Assembly (NCBI GenBank): GCA_964016885.1
Contig: OZ024742.1
Span: 359,228,001 to 359,292,000, forward strand
Reading direction: 5' to 3'
Source: Eledone cirrhosa
Lineage: Eukaryota
Length of the DNA stretch: 64,000 nt
Shown: positions 61,680 to 64,000 of the stretch, piece by piece
Numbering within the stretch: the stretch's first letter is position 1
Layout: each line of letters starts with the position of its first letter
Position numbers and translations under genes: made by a program
The notes under the pieces: generated by a model
Databases searched by the model: none
The model's input: the letters and a program-made list of their open reading frames with translations, nothing else
Told to the model about the DNA's origin: nothing

Positions 61680-62937
61680 AGGGGAAGGGTATTAGTGAGA
61701 AATACCAATCTTATTTAAACCACAAGGAATCTAGATCTATAACAAGAAATTAAATTAATTGATAGGTATACTTATAGGGATAAATTTATATTAATTCATA
61801 TGGATGTGATAAATAAGAATTAGATGTTATGAAAGAATGTTGTTAATAACGAAAGAAAATAAAATGTTTGGATAAGGGTAGTAGTGAGAAATACCAATCT
61901 TATATAAACTACAAGGAATCTAGATTCATAACAGGAAATTAAATTAATTTATATGTATAATTTTAGGTATTAATTTTAATAACATAGTCTATAAATGTAA
62001 AATTAGCACTAAGGACTCTACTTATTCATATATAGGAGCTACGTCTAACTAATTTAAAGTAAGATTTAATACCCACAAACATAGTTTTTAAAATGCCGCA
62101 TTAGCTAATACAACATCCTTGGCTGAAACAATTAATAATTATAGAAAAAAGAATATCGATTACAACCTGACCTGGAGCGGGCTCAAAAGGGCCACCCCTT
62201 ATCAAAATAACAGATATGAGTGTAGATTATGCTCCCAAGAACTTTTTGAAATAATGAAATCTAAGGATATCTTATTAAATAAGCGACAAGAATTAATTAT
62301 ATCTTGCACTCATAGAATTAGAAGAACCTTCAAATATTATAAACCTAATTAATATACACCTTACACTTATATTTTACATATTATTATAAGTAGTTTTTTT
62401 TAAATTTAGTTAACCTATAATTAGTACTCCAGAGAACTTCATAATTTTATTTCCCTCTTACAGCTCTCTTTTCCTAAAAATTAATACCTAAAAGTATACA
62501 TATAAATTAATTTAATTTCCTGTTATGAATTTAGATTCCTTGTAGTTTATATAAGATTGGTATTTCTAACTACTACCCTTGTCCCAAAATTTTATTTTTT
62601 TTCGTTTTTAACAACATTCTTTAATAACATCTAATTATTATTTATCACATCCATATGAATTAATATAAATTTATCCCTATAAGTATACCTATCAATTAAT
62701 TTAATGTTTTGTTATAGATCTAGATTCCTTGTGGTTTAAATAAGATTGGTATTTCTCACTAATACCCTTACCTGCATCTCCTGTATCCGCGTCTCCTGTA
62801 TTCGTACTGTTCGGGAAACCTCTGGTAATGAGGTAATTATATTGTATTGTTTATTATAGATTAAATATTTAGCTCTGTAACTTAAATAGAGCACTCTTCA
62901 TTCCTCTTACTTTTTCCATGGAAACTTCAACACTTAT
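61680..62937 (+). mobile_element. 5'-truncated Naiad-type PLE (GIY-YIG remnant 61980-62352) with inverted 5' duplication
   Basis: NIVYKC...YIGAT, CRLCSQE, LLNKRQELIISCTH; 61680-61975 inverted against 62480-62770; 3' tail homologous to 3578-3705. Confidence 0.85.
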
Positions 62938-62959
62938 AAATATATATATATATATATAT

Positions 62960-63455
62960 AAATGGAAAAAATAAAATTTCATTTCTCACTCTGATACTTA
63001 AATATAAGTATGTATACGTACATACATATATGTATACAAACGTACAGTAGTATGTATATACACATATACATGTACACATATATATATATATATATGTACG
63101 TATGGGTTTACCGAACATTTATTATAATGCTCGGTTTGTTTGTAAACAAACAGCCTGAATTATTAGCCGTACAGTGTTCGGCAACCATCGTTGCCCTTTT
63201 GTTCAGCACTGACAAAAGAACGAACTAGTTTCTAGCTTATTAGCTGTCATCAGCACTCTATACCTTCCTGTGAGTCAATTGAACGTTTGAAAGTATATAC
63301 TTTCCTATGAATATTAACGGCTGAGCTTATATGTATACAGACGTACAGTAGTATGTATATACATACATGCACACATATATATACGTACGTATGGGTTTAC
63401 GGAACATTTATTATAATGCTCAGTTTGTTTGTAAACAAACAACCCGAATTATTAT
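62960..63455 (-). mobile_element. HHR cassette with partial tandem duplication
   Basis: HHR at 63218-63258: gagtg-CTGATGA-cagct/agcta-GAAAC-ta-GTT-cgttc; 63030-63165 repeated at 63330-63455. Confidence 0.75.
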
Positions 63456-63457
63456 TT

Positions 63458-63520
<63 letters not shown>

Positions 63521-63589
63521 CCCTCTCATATACTGTACCGATTGTGTTGTTATTTCTGTTTACCTTTTACATACATACACACATATATA

Positions 63590-63789
63590 TGTGAGAAAAA
63601 CCACAAACCCTCAATCTCAATTCTACTTTTGAAAAACAGAAGAACTGCGGAACCGGTAAAGGAACCAAATAAATATATATATTTAAAAAAAAAAAGACTC
63701 CAGTTGCATTTTCGATTTCATCTTTTTTCCTTATACTTTCACTCGTGTAGGACACCTCGGTTATTTTTCATTTTGTAAAAAAACCTCAC

Positions 63790-63795
<6 letters not shown>
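63590..63795 (+). mobile_element. Solo 3' end of the Neptune-like PLE family
   Basis: Matches 43970-44166. Confidence 0.8.
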
Positions 63796-63826
<31 letters not shown>

Positions 63827-64000
63827 CAAAAGGCCAGCTGGAAAAGGAGAGAGAAAGAGAGAGAAAAGGAAAGAGAGGGAAAGGAGGAAGTACAGGTTAG
63901 GGTGAAGATGAGGAGAGAGGAAGAAGGGGAAAAATAGGAAAGGAATAGAAGAAAAAAAAGTGTACAGATCCCATGTTTCTTTCACCTGTGTCTTCCCACG

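Overview
AT-rich, repeat-saturated eukaryotic (animal) genomic DNA with no supportable host protein-coding gene. The SINE families resemble those I recall from octopod cephalopods, which is an inference and not a search result. Almost all ORFs in the supplied track are artefacts of (TA)n/(CA)n microsatellites. The real content is decayed mobile DNA: four large Penelope-like elements (PLEs; three Naiad-type, one Neptune-type) plus GIY-YIG fragments, a CR1/L2-group LINE, a Tx1/L1-clade LINE anchored at (GATA)n, three RTE 3' fragments, two tRNA-SINE families, three non-autonomous Helitrons, a hAT/Buster fragment and two minisatellites. The main signal not captured by the ORF track is that the short unique-looking blocks between the (TA)n arrays are mostly hammerhead-ribozyme (HHR) cassettes from many unrelated sequence families. 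I count roughly 20 intact or degenerate cores by eye. Several form 200-460 bp fold-back palindromes with one HHR on each strand, and others form partial tandem, retrozyme-like units. All RNA structures were paired by eye and not computed; coordinates of element ends are approximate.
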